From contig DATKQE010000075.1 in assembly GCA_035532935.1 (NCBI GenBank), forward strand, positions 2,393 to 66,392: DNA of 64,000 bases, given 5' to 3'. Position numbers and translations under genes: made by a program. The number at the start of each line of letters is the position of its first letter. The first letter of the stretch is position 1. The stretch comes from Stellaceae bacterium. GTDB lineage: Bacteria; Pseudomonadota; Alphaproteobacteria; ATCC43930; CGMCC-115725. Shown here piece after piece: positions 44,119 through 55,492 of the stretch. The notes under the pieces were generated by a model. That model searched no databases and was not told where the DNA came from. It saw nothing but the letters and a program-made list of their open reading frames with translations.

Positions 44119-45114
44119 ATGTCCATTCCCGAGACGATGCGGGCGGTGATCATCGAACGGCCCGGCGGACCCGAGGCGCTGCGCATCGTCACGCGCAAGG
44201 TGCCGCTTCCGGACCATGGCGAGGTTCTCGTCAAGGTCGCGGCGGCGGGGCTCAACGGCGCCGATCTCGGGCAGCGGCGCGGCCGCTATCCGATGCCGCC
44301 CGGCGCGCCGGACGTGTTCGGGCTCGAGGCTTCGGGCGAAGTCGCTGCGGTCGGCGCGGGCGTCACGCAGTGGCGCGTCGGCGACAACGTCGCGGCGCTC
44401 ATGGTCGGCGGCGGCTATGCCGATTATTGCGCCGTGCCTGCGGTGCAGTGCCTGCCCGCGCCCCCATCCCTGTCGCTCATCGAGGCCGCCGCGCTGCCAG
44501 AATGCGTGATGACGGTGTGGAGCAATGTGTTCGAGCTGGGCGCGCTCCGGCCCGGCGACGCGCTGCTCGTCCATGGCGGCGCGAGCGGCATCGGCACGAC
44601 CGCGATTCAACTGGCGCACACGCTCGGCGCGACGGTTTACGCCACCGCCGGCACGGCCGAGAAGTGCCGGCGCTGCGAGGCGCTCGGCGCCGCGCGCGCG
44701 ATCGACTATCGTGAGGAGGATTTCGTCGCGGTGCTGGAACGCGAGACCAAGGGCGCAGGCGTCGATGTCGTGCTCGACATGGTGGCGGGCGATTATCTCA
44801 ACCGCGACCTGCGCATCATGGCGCATGGCGGGCGGCTGGTGATGATCGCCTTCAAGCAGGGCAGCACCGTGCCGATCGACTGCACGCTGATCTCGGAGAA
44901 GCAGGCATCGATCACCGGCTCGCGGCTGCGCCCGCGGCCCGTCGCCGAGAAAGGCCGCCTCGTCGCGGCGGTGCGCAAGGCGATATGGCCGCTCATCGAA
45001 GCGGACCGGTTCAGGCCGGTGATCGATGCGACTTTCCCGCTCGCCGAGGTCGCCCGGGCGCACGAGCGCATGGAGGCAGGCGTCCACATCGGCAAGATCC
45101 TGCTGACGATGTGA
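44119..45114 (+). CDS. NAD(P)H:quinone oxidoreductase (zeta-crystallin / MDR family)
   Basis: GLNGADLGQRRGRYP, VHGGASGIGTTAIQLA. ATG 44119 follows GAGGAGG. Confidence 0.85.
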   Translation: MSIPETMRAVIIERPGGPEALRIVTRKVPLPDHGEVLVKVAAAGLNGADLGQRRGRYPMPPGAPDVFGLEASGEVAAVGAGVTQWRVGDNVAALMVGGGYADYCAVPAVQCLPAPPSLSLIEAAALPECVMTVWSNVFELGALRPGDALLVHGGASGIGTTAIQLAHTLGATVYATAGTAEKCRRCEALGAARAIDYREEDFVAVLERETKGAGVDVVLDMVAGDYLNRDLRIMAHGGRLVMIAFKQGSTVPIDCTLISEKQASITGSRLRPRPVAEKGRLVAAVRKAIWPLIEADRFRPVIDATFPLAEVARAHERMEAGVHIGKILLTM

Positions 45115-45118
45115 CGGC

Positions 45119-45403
45119 TCACAACCCGGCGACGAGGACGAAGCGTGCCGTCGAGCAGCTCTGGCGGATCTTCGTCGCCGCCTGGTAGTCGGGCGAGTGG
45201 AACCAGCTTCTCGCCGCATCGGCGTCGGCGAAGCGAAGAATGACCATGCGCTTGGGTGCGGCGCCTTCGAGCGCCTCCGCCGCGCCGCCGCGCGCGAGAT
45301 AGACGCCGCCGTTACGCGCGATGCTGACTTCGGCGGCGGTCTTGTAGGCCTCGTAGGCGGCGGGATCATGCACGTCGATTTCGACCACGACATAAGCGGC
45401 CAT
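45119..45403 (-). CDS. DUF1330-domain protein
   Basis: MAAYVVVEIDVHDPAAYEAYK...RMVILRFADADAARSWFHSPDYQ is a typical DUF1330 sequence of 94 aa. Confidence 0.75.
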   Translation of the reverse strand: MAAYVVVEIDVHDPAAYEAYKTAAEVSIARNGGVYLARGGAAEALEGAAPKRMVILRFADADAARSWFHSPDYQAATKIRQSCSTARFVLVAGL

Positions 45404-45541
45404 GGATCTCTCCCAGGCGATGGATGCTGCGGCTGCGCATCATAGAAGCCGCGCCGCGGCAAGGCGCAAGGCGCAAAATGCCATGGACGCGCCGCACCGA
45501 GCGCCCGAGAATACGCCACCGCCGCAGCGCAGGGGACAGTC

Positions 45542-46357
<816 letters not shown>

Positions 46358-46365
46358 CCGCGCCG

Positions 46366-47370
46366 CTACTGCTCCATCGTGCTCACGGCGAAGATTTCGT
46401 CGAGGCGCATCAGGCGGGGCGTCAGCCCCTGCTCGTTCGAGTACTGCGCAGCGGTCTCGAGCACCTTGCGGTTCGCCCGCATGCCGTGGCGCAGGAGCGG
46501 CTGGCGCAACGTCGCGCGCGCCTCCTTCGGCAGCGCGCCGGTTTCGAGGTAATAGTCCACATGCTCCATCCGCTCGGCGTCGGCGATCTCGTTGGCGCTT
46601 TGGAATGCCTTGAGGATGTTGAGCGCGGCCCAGGGATGCTTCTCGGCGATTTCGCGCTTGATGACCATGCCGTGATTAATGGGATAGATCCCGGTCTTGT
46701 TGACGTAGCGAACGCCTTCGGCCGCAGGATCGGGAAAGAGCGTCTTGATGTCGGGGTGGTTGCGCAGGTCGACGGTGCTGCGGTCGATGAGGTTGCGGTC
46801 GTCACCGCGATTGGCAATATAGTGGACTGCGGCCTGCAGTTCGCCCGACAGCATCATCGAGCCGATGCTCTTCTCGAATGGAATGCGGTTGACGGTGACG
46901 CCCGGCGGCGGCGCGAAACCGGTGGCGCCGCCATGGCTCAGCTCCGGCAGGCGCTCCATCCACCACTCCACGTCGCGGGCGTGCACGCCGAATTCGTGCT
47001 GCAGCACCCCGCGGTTCCACAGCGCGGCCGTCTGCTGGTATTCCGGCACGCCGACGCGCTTGCCCTTGAGATCGGCCGGAGTCTCGATACGCGCATCGCG
47101 CCTCACGAGAAGCGCGGTGTGGAAGACGCGCCGCGTGGTGAAGACGGGTATGCCGACCCAGCGCTCGTCGCCCTTGCTCTTCGCCATCATCAGCGATGAC
47201 ATCGACATCTCGGACACGTCGAACTCGGCGAAATGGAGCTGGCGCCAGAACATCTCCGAGGGATGGAGCGGCGTCACCACGAAATCGATGGCGTCGGCCC
47301 TCACCCGTCCGTCGTGGATCGGCCAGGTCCGGGGATTGCTGGTCAAGGCCATACTGAGTTGAAGCTTCAT
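46366..47370 (-). CDS. Second PhtD-like (4,5-dihydroxyphthalate-decarboxylase-like) protein
   Basis: MKLQLSMALTSNPRTWPIHDGRV...EMFWRQLHFAEFDVSEMSMSS...LKGKRVGVPEYQQTAALW is collinear with the 31076-32071 product. Confidence 0.7.
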   Translation of the reverse strand: MKLQLSMALTSNPRTWPIHDGRVRADAIDFVVTPLHPSEMFWRQLHFAEFDVSEMSMSSLMMAKSKGDERWVGIPVFTTRRVFHTALLVRRDARIETPADLKGKRVGVPEYQQTAALWNRGVLQHEFGVHARDVEWWMERLPELSHGGATGFAPPPGVTVNRIPFEKSIGSMMLSGELQAAVHYIANRGDDRNLIDRSTVDLRNHPDIKTLFPDPAAEGVRYVNKTGIYPINHGMVIKREIAEKHPWAALNILKAFQSANEIADAERMEHVDYYLETGALPKEARATLRQPLLRHGMRANRKVLETAAQYSNEQGLTPRLMRLDEIFAVSTMEQ

Positions 47371-47460
47371 GGGGTCTCCTTCCTCGTCGCGCAGAGCATG
47401 GCGATTTGCGGCCAGCCGTCAACCGGGCTTGCCGCAGCCGCGCCATGCAGCGGCGCGTGA

Positions 47461-48279
47461 TCAACCCTCGCGGCGCACGACGCCCTGCACCAGCCCGATG
47501 CGGCGCTCCTCGAGGTTCCGGATCATGTTCGCCGCGATCGCCGGGTAATCGTCGCCGACGAGAATGTGAATCCCGAGCGGCTGCGGCGCGGCCTTGTAGC
47601 GCGCCTGCGCCTGCGCGAGGGCATCGTCGGTCTGGTCCTCGAAGGCGATGACGCGAAACCCGGCGGCGAGCAGCTTCGCCCTTGTCTCGGCCGGGGTAAG
47701 GAGGAAGCTCGTCGCCGCGCTGCGCGCCCACGGCACCGGGTAGTGCGGCGGCGCCGCGGGCCCGGCGACGACATCGGAAAAGGCATAGCGGCCGCCCGGC
47801 TTCAGCACGCGCCGGATCTCGGCGTAGAGACGGTCGCGCTCGGCGATGTTCATGACCACGTTCTGCGACCAGACGACATCGAAGCTCGCATCCTCAAAGG
47901 GCACCGCCAGCGCATTGCCCTGGCGGTAATCGACCTTGTCGTCGAGCTTCATGCGCCGGGCCAGCATGGTCGCGGCGGCGACGAACGCGGCCGTAAGATC
48001 GACGCCACTGACGCGGCAGCCGAAGGTGGCGGCAAGCCAGCGCGACGGGCCGCCGATCCCCGAGCCGAGATCGAGCACCCGTTCCTGGCCGGTGAGCGCG
48101 AGGAGCCGCGCCAGGTCGCGCGTCGCGGCCCGGCCGCGGGTGTGAAACTCGTCGATCGGCGCGACATCATCCGGCGTCAGCCGGTCGAGGTCTTTTCCCG
48201 CCGCTTGCAGCGCGGCGAGGATCGCTGCGCCGAGCTCGGCCCGCGTGTAATGCGCTTCGACGCTGCCTGCATCGGTCAT
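47461..48279 (-). CDS. Class I SAM-dependent methyltransferase
   Basis: Motif I VLDLGSGIGGPSRWLA and post-I/II blocks (FDVVWSQNV, LKPGGRYAF). ATG 48279; the listed 813-aa ORF is an over-extension. Confidence 0.85.
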   Translation of the reverse strand: MTDAGSVEAHYTRAELGAAILAALQAAGKDLDRLTPDDVAPIDEFHTRGRAATRDLARLLALTGQERVLDLGSGIGGPSRWLAATFGCRVSGVDLTAAFVAAATMLARRMKLDDKVDYRQGNALAVPFEDASFDVVWSQNVVMNIAERDRLYAEIRRVLKPGGRYAFSDVVAGPAAPPHYPVPWARSAATSFLLTPAETRAKLLAAGFRVIAFEDQTDDALAQAQARYKAAPQPLGIHILVGDDYPAIAANMIRNLEERRIGLVQGVVRREG

Positions 48280-48356
48280 GGCTCGGCTCCGGGCGATGAA
48301 AGGAGGACTATCGGCCATGCAAGGCGGCAGCGGCAAGCCGGTTCCCGGGACCGGCC

Positions 48357-49838
48357 TCAATCGTCGGCGTGGCCGTGGGCGAGCCCGTGGCCGGCGGGGA
48401 GCAGCAGGCCCACGGCCAGAACGAAGACCGTGAGGCCGAGCATGATCGCGAATACGAGATGCAGCGCCGCGTCGAACGCCGTGAGAACGGGCCGCATCGT
48501 CGCGAGCGAGAGGTCGCGGCGCGACGACGGATTGAGCATGCGGGTGACGAGATCGCCGCCGCCCGGCAAGCCGGCAAGGCGCGCGTTGAGAATGCCGCCA
48601 AAGAGCGCCGCGCCGATCGCCTGGCCGAGGATACGGGTGAAGACGATGGTTGAGGTGGCGATGCCGCGCTGGCTCCAGCCGCTGCCGGCCTGGATTGCCA
48701 CCATGTAAGTATTGTTGTTCATTCCCATGCCGAAGCCGACGAACAGACCGCTCGCCATCACCCAGGCGGCCGCGCTGGCCGGTCCAAGCCGCAGCATCAT
48801 CATGCCGCCGACGATCGACAGACACGCGCCGCTCGCCGCGGCGGCGCGGTAGGACACCTGCAGCATGATCCGCCCGGCGAGCACCGCGCCGATCGGACCC
48901 GCCATCGACATCGCCATCAGGGTAACCCCGGCGATGAAGGCGCTTCGGCCCATCACGCCCTCGATATAGGCCGGCAGGAAGGCGGCGAAACCCATCGTTA
49001 TCGCGCCGAGAGCGATGCTGACCGCGTTGCCGCTGGCGACGATGCGGTCCCGCCACAGTGCGAGCGGCCAGACCGGCTCGGGCACGCGCGCCTCCCACAT
49101 CACGAAGAGCACGAGAGCGACGAGCGCAACGGTCATGAGCGCAACGGTCGCGGCCGGCCCGACCCGCGCCGCCTCGGCCAGCGCGAACATGAGAATGCCG
49201 GTGCCGAGCCCCAGCAGCCCCGACCCCACGAAGTCGATGCGGTGGCGATGGCGCTCGGTCCGCTCGTCGAGCTTCCAGGCGAGCAGCGCCGCGGCGATGA
49301 GGCCGAACGGCACGTTGATCCAAAACACCATCGGCCAAATCGTATGCGCCGCCAGAAAGGCGCCAACCATTGGCCCGATGACCGCGGCGCCGACGAAAAC
49401 GCTCGAGACATAGCCCTGCATGCGCGCCCGTTCGGGCCCGTGATAGACATCGCCGATGAGCGTGCGCCCGACCGGCATCACCGCACCCGCGCCGATACCC
49501 TGGACGACGCGGAACGCGACCAGGGACAGCATGCTCCAGGCGAACCCGCACAGCACCGATCCCACGAGGAAAAGCCCGATGCCGAGCAGCAGGATGGGCT
49601 TGCGGCCGTAGAAATCGGCAAGCCGCCCATAGATCGGGATCGTCACGGCCTGTGTCAGGAGATAGGCGGTGAAGACCCAGCTCAAGAGCTCGAACCCGCC
49701 CAGCGCGGCGACGATCGTCGGCATCGCCGTCGCGACGATGGTTCCCTCGATCGCCGTCATGAAGACGGACGCCAGCGCCGCGATGAAAATCCACACCCGG
49801 CCCCTTGTCGACTCCGCGGCCCGCCGCCCCTCGCTCAT
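48357..49838 (-). CDS. MFS transporter, DHA2 (EmrB/QacA-like, about 14 TMS) drug:H+ antiporter family
   Basis: GRLADFYGRKP motif A, 493 aa, about 14 hydrophobic spans. Confidence 0.85.
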   Translation of the reverse strand: MSEGRRAAESTRGRVWIFIAALASVFMTAIEGTIVATAMPTIVAALGGFELLSWVFTAYLLTQAVTIPIYGRLADFYGRKPILLLGIGLFLVGSVLCGFAWSMLSLVAFRVVQGIGAGAVMPVGRTLIGDVYHGPERARMQGYVSSVFVGAAVIGPMVGAFLAAHTIWPMVFWINVPFGLIAAALLAWKLDERTERHRHRIDFVGSGLLGLGTGILMFALAEAARVGPAATVALMTVALVALVLFVMWEARVPEPVWPLALWRDRIVASGNAVSIALGAITMGFAAFLPAYIEGVMGRSAFIAGVTLMAMSMAGPIGAVLAGRIMLQVSYRAAAASGACLSIVGGMMMLRLGPASAAAWVMASGLFVGFGMGMNNNTYMVAIQAGSGWSQRGIATSTIVFTRILGQAIGAALFGGILNARLAGLPGGGDLVTRMLNPSSRRDLSLATMRPVLTAFDAALHLVFAIMLGLTVFVLAVGLLLPAGHGLAHGHADD

Positions 49839-49956
49839 TTCGGCTCTTCCCTATCGGCGCACCGCGCCTCGTCAAAGACACCTGCGCCGGCCCGGACGCC
49901 ACGGCGCGGCGCGCTGCGGCAGGGGCGCGGAAGCTCGCACCTTCGCCCTCCGCCCG

Positions 49957-52494
49957 TCAATCGAGCAGATGCGGCCACATGCGCGACAGCCTTCCGGGAT
50001 CGTATCCATCGGTCTCGTCGTAGAGCGGATGGGCAATGTCGAGCATCTGGCCGCCGTCGCGCGTCAGCGGCCGGTAGACATAGGTCGCATAGGTTTGGCT
50101 CGGCTCGCCCAGCAGCAGGTCGATCGGGACCGAGATCATGAAGCCCTTGTCGAACGAGCCTTCGCCGAATTGCTGCGCGCTGACATTGGTCCTGGTGAAG
50201 AAGATGCCGGCGCGGATGCCGCCGGCGAACTCGCGCGACAGCTCGAATGTCGCGCCCTTGTCGCCCGCGAGATAGCGGCCGACATGCACGGCCGCCTGCA
50301 AATTGTAGAATGGGAGTTTGTAGTAGAAACTGAGATGTCCGGTCGTGACTTGATAGGGCCGGAATCCGAAAAGGTCGTGGAAGCCGCGCTGCACCACGTG
50401 ATTGAGGTCGAGCCCGACGGCCCATCGCTCGTGATAGGGGCGGTAGAGAACCTCGCCGTCCACGCCCGCGAACATCTCTTCGAGCAATCCGGCGGAAACG
50501 CGACCATAGAAATTCGGGGCGAGATTGGCGAAATAATCGCCCTCCAGCCGGAAGACCCCGGTCTTGCCGTTTTTAAGGTATTCGTTGAGGTCGCTGCGGA
50601 CATGCGGCAGCACGCTGTTCGAGGTCTGACGCAGCGCATTGAGGTTGTTGAAGAGGTTGGCGCCGAGCACCCCGTCCACGTTCCAGCCCGGTGCCGGTTT
50701 GACCGTGCCCGACAGCGCCGCGTAAATCTGATAGATGAGGAAATTGTCCGGTCCGCCGATCTCCTGCCGCATCGCCGGGTTGAGGTTCCAGCTATATTTC
50801 GGATAGGCGTCTTCGTTGACGACGCCGGGCGGGCGGTTCGGATCAGCGCCGGCCAGCGTGGTGTGCGCCCACACCTCCTCGGGCGAGCCGTCTCCCACCA
50901 CCGCCCGCTCGAGATCGCGGCGCTGCAGCGACACCGACGCCATGGTCATCCCGTCCTCGGCCAGATCGAGCGTGATGACCTCGACCTCGGGCGGCGAGTC
51001 GGCAGCGACAATTCGCGCGGCGCGACCGATGGCGATTGGCACCAAGCGGTACTTCGCCTGCGAGAAGGTGAGATAGGCGTGGCGACCCTTGAGCGCGAAT
51101 TCCTCGCCGGTGAAACCGATCGCCTTGAGACCGGCGAAGATGCGGTGGGCAACCGCCACCTCGTCGGGCGGGCCGGAAGTGGTGTCCGGTCGGCGGCCCG
51201 GTACGGCGGTCGCGGCCGGCGGCGCGGCGGCGGTGACGACCTCGGCGCGGACGATGCCGGGAAGATCCGCCACGGCGAGGCGTTCGAGCGCGGCTTCTGC
51301 GCCGGGGCTCGCACCCGGCGACGGCGACACCGTCAGCGCCGCGACATTGCCCTTCAAGGACACGTCGGTGATCGCAAAGCCGAGCTGGTGCGCTCCTGAG
51401 AACAGGCGGTCGACGCCGTGCGCGGCGCTCGCCGGCGATGACCGCCGCCGGCCGCGCGGCGGCAGCAGTATCGACACCGCCCGAGCGGCCGGGCTCGCGT
51501 AGGAGGCGACGCGCGGGATCGCGGACAGATCGAACGGGATGCCGGGCGGCGGCTCCGGATTGGGGCGCGGAACGAGCTTCGGCGGCTTCGACGAATCATG
51601 GTAAAGCCCGAGCGAGTTGAAATTCGCCAGCAGCGAAATGCGCAGCATGATCGTATTGCCGCGCTCGAGCCCCACGCCGAGCTCGAGGAAGGGATAGGGA
51701 TCGTAGACGACGCCGAAATTCACCGGCGCGGCAGCTTTGAAGCTGTTGCCGAGCGGTTCGTCTTTATAGTCGTCGGGGTCGAGTTCCAATTTGAGCCGGA
51801 GTCCGTCGATCGGCGTGCGATATTCGACGCCGCCGAACAGCCCCATCTTCGGACCATGGAAGTAGTCGAAGCCGAAACTGCCTGACGCCGCAGGCGTCGG
51901 CCGTTGTTTCCACGACTTCGCCAGGGCGCCGAATGGATTGGAGACCGACAGGCCGTTCGACATCATCCCCCAGCCGAGGCCGAACGTGACATCGAAATTG
52001 TAGTAGCGCCGGCTGGCGACGAGATACTCGCTCGAGAACAGGCCGGTTCCGGCAATGTCGCGGAATCCCACCGCCAATTCGGGGAAATCGGCGCTCTCCT
52101 TCGTCAGGCGAATCTTCGCGTCGAACGAGCGGTCCTTATAGGTCTGATTGCCGCTGAACAATGCCGGACCGTACGGACGGTTGTTGATATCGGTGTAGCG
52201 GAACCCGGCGTCGAGCCACGGCAGCGGCGTCATGAACAGGTTGTAGCGGTCATAAGGATGGACATGCGAAAAGGTGAAGCTGAAATCGCCGTCGGCGCCG
52301 GTGCGCGCGGACGGGACCTGCATCAGCCCATGCTCGCCCCAATCGTCGATCGTGGGCGCAAATGACCGCGGCGCGCCGGCGTCCACGGTCTGGCCGTGCA
52401 CGGAAACGGGAAGCGCGCAAACGGCAGCGGCACCGAGCGCGAGCAGGAGACGGCGAATCCGCGACGCCACGAGACACACGCTGACGAGGCGCAA
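49957..52494 (-). CDS. YjbH/GfcD-family outer-membrane exopolysaccharide protein (845 aa)
   Basis: WGEHGLMQVPSARTGADGDFSFTFSHVHPYDRYNLFMTPLPWLDAGFRY...FPELAVGFRDIAGTG is the characteristic YjbH N-terminal region. Signal peptide present. Listed start is TTG, 8 nt after the upstream stop. Confidence 0.8.
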   Translation of the reverse strand: MRLVSVCLVASRIRRLLLALGAAAVCALPVSVHGQTVDAGAPRSFAPTIDDWGEHGLMQVPSARTGADGDFSFTFSHVHPYDRYNLFMTPLPWLDAGFRYTDINNRPYGPALFSGNQTYKDRSFDAKIRLTKESADFPELAVGFRDIAGTGLFSSEYLVASRRYYNFDVTFGLGWGMMSNGLSVSNPFGALAKSWKQRPTPAASGSFGFDYFHGPKMGLFGGVEYRTPIDGLRLKLELDPDDYKDEPLGNSFKAAAPVNFGVVYDPYPFLELGVGLERGNTIMLRISLLANFNSLGLYHDSSKPPKLVPRPNPEPPPGIPFDLSAIPRVASYASPAARAVSILLPPRGRRRSSPASAAHGVDRLFSGAHQLGFAITDVSLKGNVAALTVSPSPGASPGAEAALERLAVADLPGIVRAEVVTAAAPPAATAVPGRRPDTTSGPPDEVAVAHRIFAGLKAIGFTGEEFALKGRHAYLTFSQAKYRLVPIAIGRAARIVAADSPPEVEVITLDLAEDGMTMASVSLQRRDLERAVVGDGSPEEVWAHTTLAGADPNRPPGVVNEDAYPKYSWNLNPAMRQEIGGPDNFLIYQIYAALSGTVKPAPGWNVDGVLGANLFNNLNALRQTSNSVLPHVRSDLNEYLKNGKTGVFRLEGDYFANLAPNFYGRVSAGLLEEMFAGVDGEVLYRPYHERWAVGLDLNHVVQRGFHDLFGFRPYQVTTGHLSFYYKLPFYNLQAAVHVGRYLAGDKGATFELSREFAGGIRAGIFFTRTNVSAQQFGEGSFDKGFMISVPIDLLLGEPSQTYATYVYRPLTRDGGQMLDIAHPLYDETDGYDPGRLSRMWPHLLD

Positions 52495-52502
52495 AAACCG
52501 CC

Positions 52503-55451
52503 CTACTGCGTCGAGTTGCTATGAATCACCGCGATCGAAGCCGCCGAGATGGCGAGCTGGCTGAATATCTGCGTCGAATCCCGCAGGAACGTCGCGAGAT
52601 CGAACGGCCGCAGGTTTTTCGGCACGACGATCGTGCTGCCAGGCGGCACCTGCACGGGCGTGAAGTCCCAGAACGACACCTTCACCGGCTCCGCCTCGCC
52701 GTTCGGCAGCACGACGAAGGTGGAATCGTTCTCGGCATCCTGTGTGAATCCGCCGGCCTCGTCGATGTAGTCCGCGGGCGAGGCGCCGGGCTGGAACTGC
52801 AGCGAGGTCGGATTGAGAACCTCCCCCGAGACCGCGACATAGAACGGCCGCTTCGGCATGAAGACCGTATCGCCGGGTTCCATGATCGGATCGAGCTGCG
52901 GCTTCACTTCCAGCACGGTGGGATCGGCCTCGACCACCACGCGGCCGACCGCGGGGGTCGACTTGAGCTCGTTCACCAATTGCTGCGTGGCGGTGACGAG
53001 CGCCTGCGACTGGTCGACATTGCCGCGCGCGAGCACACTGGTCAGCCCCGATTGGAGCTGGCTCGCGGCGCGCGCATAGTCTTGGCGTTCGTGCTGCCGC
53101 ACGCTCTGGCGCGTGAACACGGCGCCATAGGGATAGGCCTCGTCGGTCAGGCCGCCCGCCCGCGCGATGAGCTGCGACAGGCGCTCGCCGCGGCGGATCT
53201 CGTAGTAGCCCGGCCGTCGGAACTGACCGGACAGCAGAACCTGACCGGTATCGCGGTCGGTGACGACCGGATTGAACCGAACGACATCGCCCGGACTCAC
53301 CGCCACCTTCGCGAGATCCGACGGGGTAAGCTGGACCATCTGACGCACGCCGGTCGCGCGTCCCTGGGCGCCGTTGACATCATAGTGCGTGATCTCGACG
53401 TCGCGCAGATCGGCGTCGCGCGTAAGGCCGCCGGCGTCGGCAACGGCCGAGGCGAGCGACGCGCCCGACACGACCGGATAGACGCCCGGAACCTGAACTT
53501 CGCCCTCGATCACGGCGCCATGCTCGACGGCGAGCGGCAGCAGTTCGGGATACTTCTCGAAGATCGGCGGGCACGGAAACACATTTTCGATCTGGCCTGC
53601 GGCCGGCGTCTCCGGCGTCGGGAAAAATTGCGCATTGGCGAAGCGTTCCGGCGGGCTCGCCGCGACGATCGCGGCCAATTGCTGCAATCCGCGGCAGATC
53701 TGGGCTCGCCGCTGCGCCAGCAGTTCAGCCGCGGTGACCTGGCGCGTCGTCGCCCTGGCCGTCGGTGGCGCGCCGGGATAGAGCTCGGATTGGTCAAGAG
53801 TGCCGTTGGGCGTTTCCTGGTATTCCGGCAGGAGGTCTTGCTCTACGGCCTGCGATCCCTGCTGCTGGCCGGCGAGCGTTTGCGACATCTGCTGCTGCTG
53901 ATTTGCCGCGCCCGGCAAAAGCGCTTGCTGGCCGAAGCGGCGTCCTTCCGGCGGGGGATAGAACGGCACGCCCTGCAAGGCCCCGGCCGGCGCGACCGCG
54001 TTGGCATTGCCGCGCGGGTTTCGCGTCACGATCTGCTCGCGCATCAGCGGCGGCACGCGACGTTCGAGGATCGCCTGAACGTCCGCGGAGTTGATGTAAT
54101 TGACGTCACCCACGCCCAGCACGATGACCGTGTCACCGTCCTTGAGCGCCCGGTTCTGCCGGCCGTTGACGATCGCATCGAGATCGACCGGGAAGTAGCG
54201 ACGGGCCTGCGTTCGCGGGTCCTTGGTCGCGATCACGCCGAAAGGAAGATAGGGATCGTCGAGAAATGTGGTCGTAGCGAGGAGACGGCGGACATCGGGC
54301 GCCGCGGCCAGCGAGCGGATGCCGGGCACGGCGACATGGCCCTCGAGCCGCACCGACCCGACGAAGCCCTTGTCCCTGGGCTGCACCAGGAGAATGTCGC
54401 CGGGATGCAGCGTGAGGCGCGCGGCCGACAACGCCTCGCTCGTCTCGTTGCGCCCCTGCCGATCGAGCGACAGGCGAATGAAGCGATTGCCGTTAGGGCG
54501 CAGCGCTCCGCCGGCAAGGGCAAGAATCCGCGCGCCGGCGACGGCGCCGCCGTTGAGCAGCTCAAAGATCCCGGGTCGCCCGACATCGCCGGCGACCGCG
54601 ACGGTCGGTCCGACCGGTGGAATGACAATGCGATCGCCGTCGGCGAGGCTGAGATCCGCCTCCGGCCCGATCGCGTTCATGACCGCATAGAGATCGATCG
54701 TCGAGCGGTGGCCATTGCGCTCGAGCGTGATGCGGCGCAACGATCCGGTCTTCTTGATGCCTCCCGCCTCTGCCAGAGCATCGAGCACGGTGGCGAAGCC
54801 ACCCATGCGATAGATGCCGGGCGCCACCGCCTCGCCAAGCACGGCAACGGCAATCTGACGCACGCTGCCGACCGAGACATAGGCATTGGTATTGAGGTAG
54901 TGCGCCGCGACCGCCTGTTCGACGTCGTCGCGGACCGCCGCGAAGGTGCGCCCCGCAGCGGGAATAGGCGGCAGCTCTGGAATGACGAGACGGCCTTCGC
55001 GGTCGATGCGCGTGCGAAGCGAGCGGGAGACCTGCCCCTGAAGCGTGATCACGAGCTCGTCGCCGATGCTCAGCCGGTAATTGTTCGCGACGGCGCCGTT
55101 CTGCAGTTCGCCGCTCGAGGGAATGATGCTGCGGAAAACGTCGTAACCATATTGTGACAGCGCGGTCCCGGCGCGACGCGAATAGTCGTTCTCGAGCCGC
55201 GAGCGCGGTAACGGCCGCCGCCGTAGGACGCCAAGAGCGTAAGGCCGTTGCAGGCCCCTCACCTGATCGAGCGGCGACGGCAGCGATTGGGTCGGATTGA
55301 TGGGAACATTCGATTGGGTCGTACGGTTCAGTTGATTGATGAGGTTTTGTTGCACGTCCGACGGCAGGTCTTGCGCGAGGGCAAGGGGCAGCGTCACAAG
55401 TGCGGCAAGAAAGAGGGCCGCCACTTGAAAAATACGCCGAGCCGAAGTCAT
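52503..55451 (-). CDS. Polysaccharide export protein, Wza-like PES domain followed by multiple SLBB domains (982 aa)
   Basis: Signal peptide (ALA-QD). YRLSIGDELVITLQG PES motif. At least six GD-x-[IV]-x-[IV]P-type SLBB motifs (GDRIVIP, GDILLVQP, GDTVIVLG, GDVVRFNP, GDTVFMPK, GSTIVVPK). Hydrophobic C-terminal helix. Confidence 0.8.
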   Translation of the reverse strand: MTSARRIFQVAALFLAALVTLPLALAQDLPSDVQQNLINQLNRTTQSNVPINPTQSLPSPLDQVRGLQRPYALGVLRRRPLPRSRLENDYSRRAGTALSQYGYDVFRSIIPSSGELQNGAVANNYRLSIGDELVITLQGQVSRSLRTRIDREGRLVIPELPPIPAAGRTFAAVRDDVEQAVAAHYLNTNAYVSVGSVRQIAVAVLGEAVAPGIYRMGGFATVLDALAEAGGIKKTGSLRRITLERNGHRSTIDLYAVMNAIGPEADLSLADGDRIVIPPVGPTVAVAGDVGRPGIFELLNGGAVAGARILALAGGALRPNGNRFIRLSLDRQGRNETSEALSAARLTLHPGDILLVQPRDKGFVGSVRLEGHVAVPGIRSLAAAPDVRRLLATTTFLDDPYLPFGVIATKDPRTQARRYFPVDLDAIVNGRQNRALKDGDTVIVLGVGDVNYINSADVQAILERRVPPLMREQIVTRNPRGNANAVAPAGALQGVPFYPPPEGRRFGQQALLPGAANQQQQMSQTLAGQQQGSQAVEQDLLPEYQETPNGTLDQSELYPGAPPTARATTRQVTAAELLAQRRAQICRGLQQLAAIVAASPPERFANAQFFPTPETPAAGQIENVFPCPPIFEKYPELLPLAVEHGAVIEGEVQVPGVYPVVSGASLASAVADAGGLTRDADLRDVEITHYDVNGAQGRATGVRQMVQLTPSDLAKVAVSPGDVVRFNPVVTDRDTGQVLLSGQFRRPGYYEIRRGERLSQLIARAGGLTDEAYPYGAVFTRQSVRQHERQDYARAASQLQSGLTSVLARGNVDQSQALVTATQQLVNELKSTPAVGRVVVEADPTVLEVKPQLDPIMEPGDTVFMPKRPFYVAVSGEVLNPTSLQFQPGASPADYIDEAGGFTQDAENDSTFVVLPNGEAEPVKVSFWDFTPVQVPPGSTIVVPKNLRPFDLATFLRDSTQIFSQLAISAASIAVIHSNSTQ

Positions 55452-55492
55452 TATAGCCCCCTAAAACCATGCAATACTCACAGGCCGAGTTT

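Noticed and set aside
45455-45480. Short direct repeat GCAAGGC GCAAGGC GCAAAAT upstream of the crotonase gene.
   Set aside because: There are only two 7-bp units plus a partial third, with no palindromic character or matching motif elsewhere in the window. It is likely chance or a minor slippage product.
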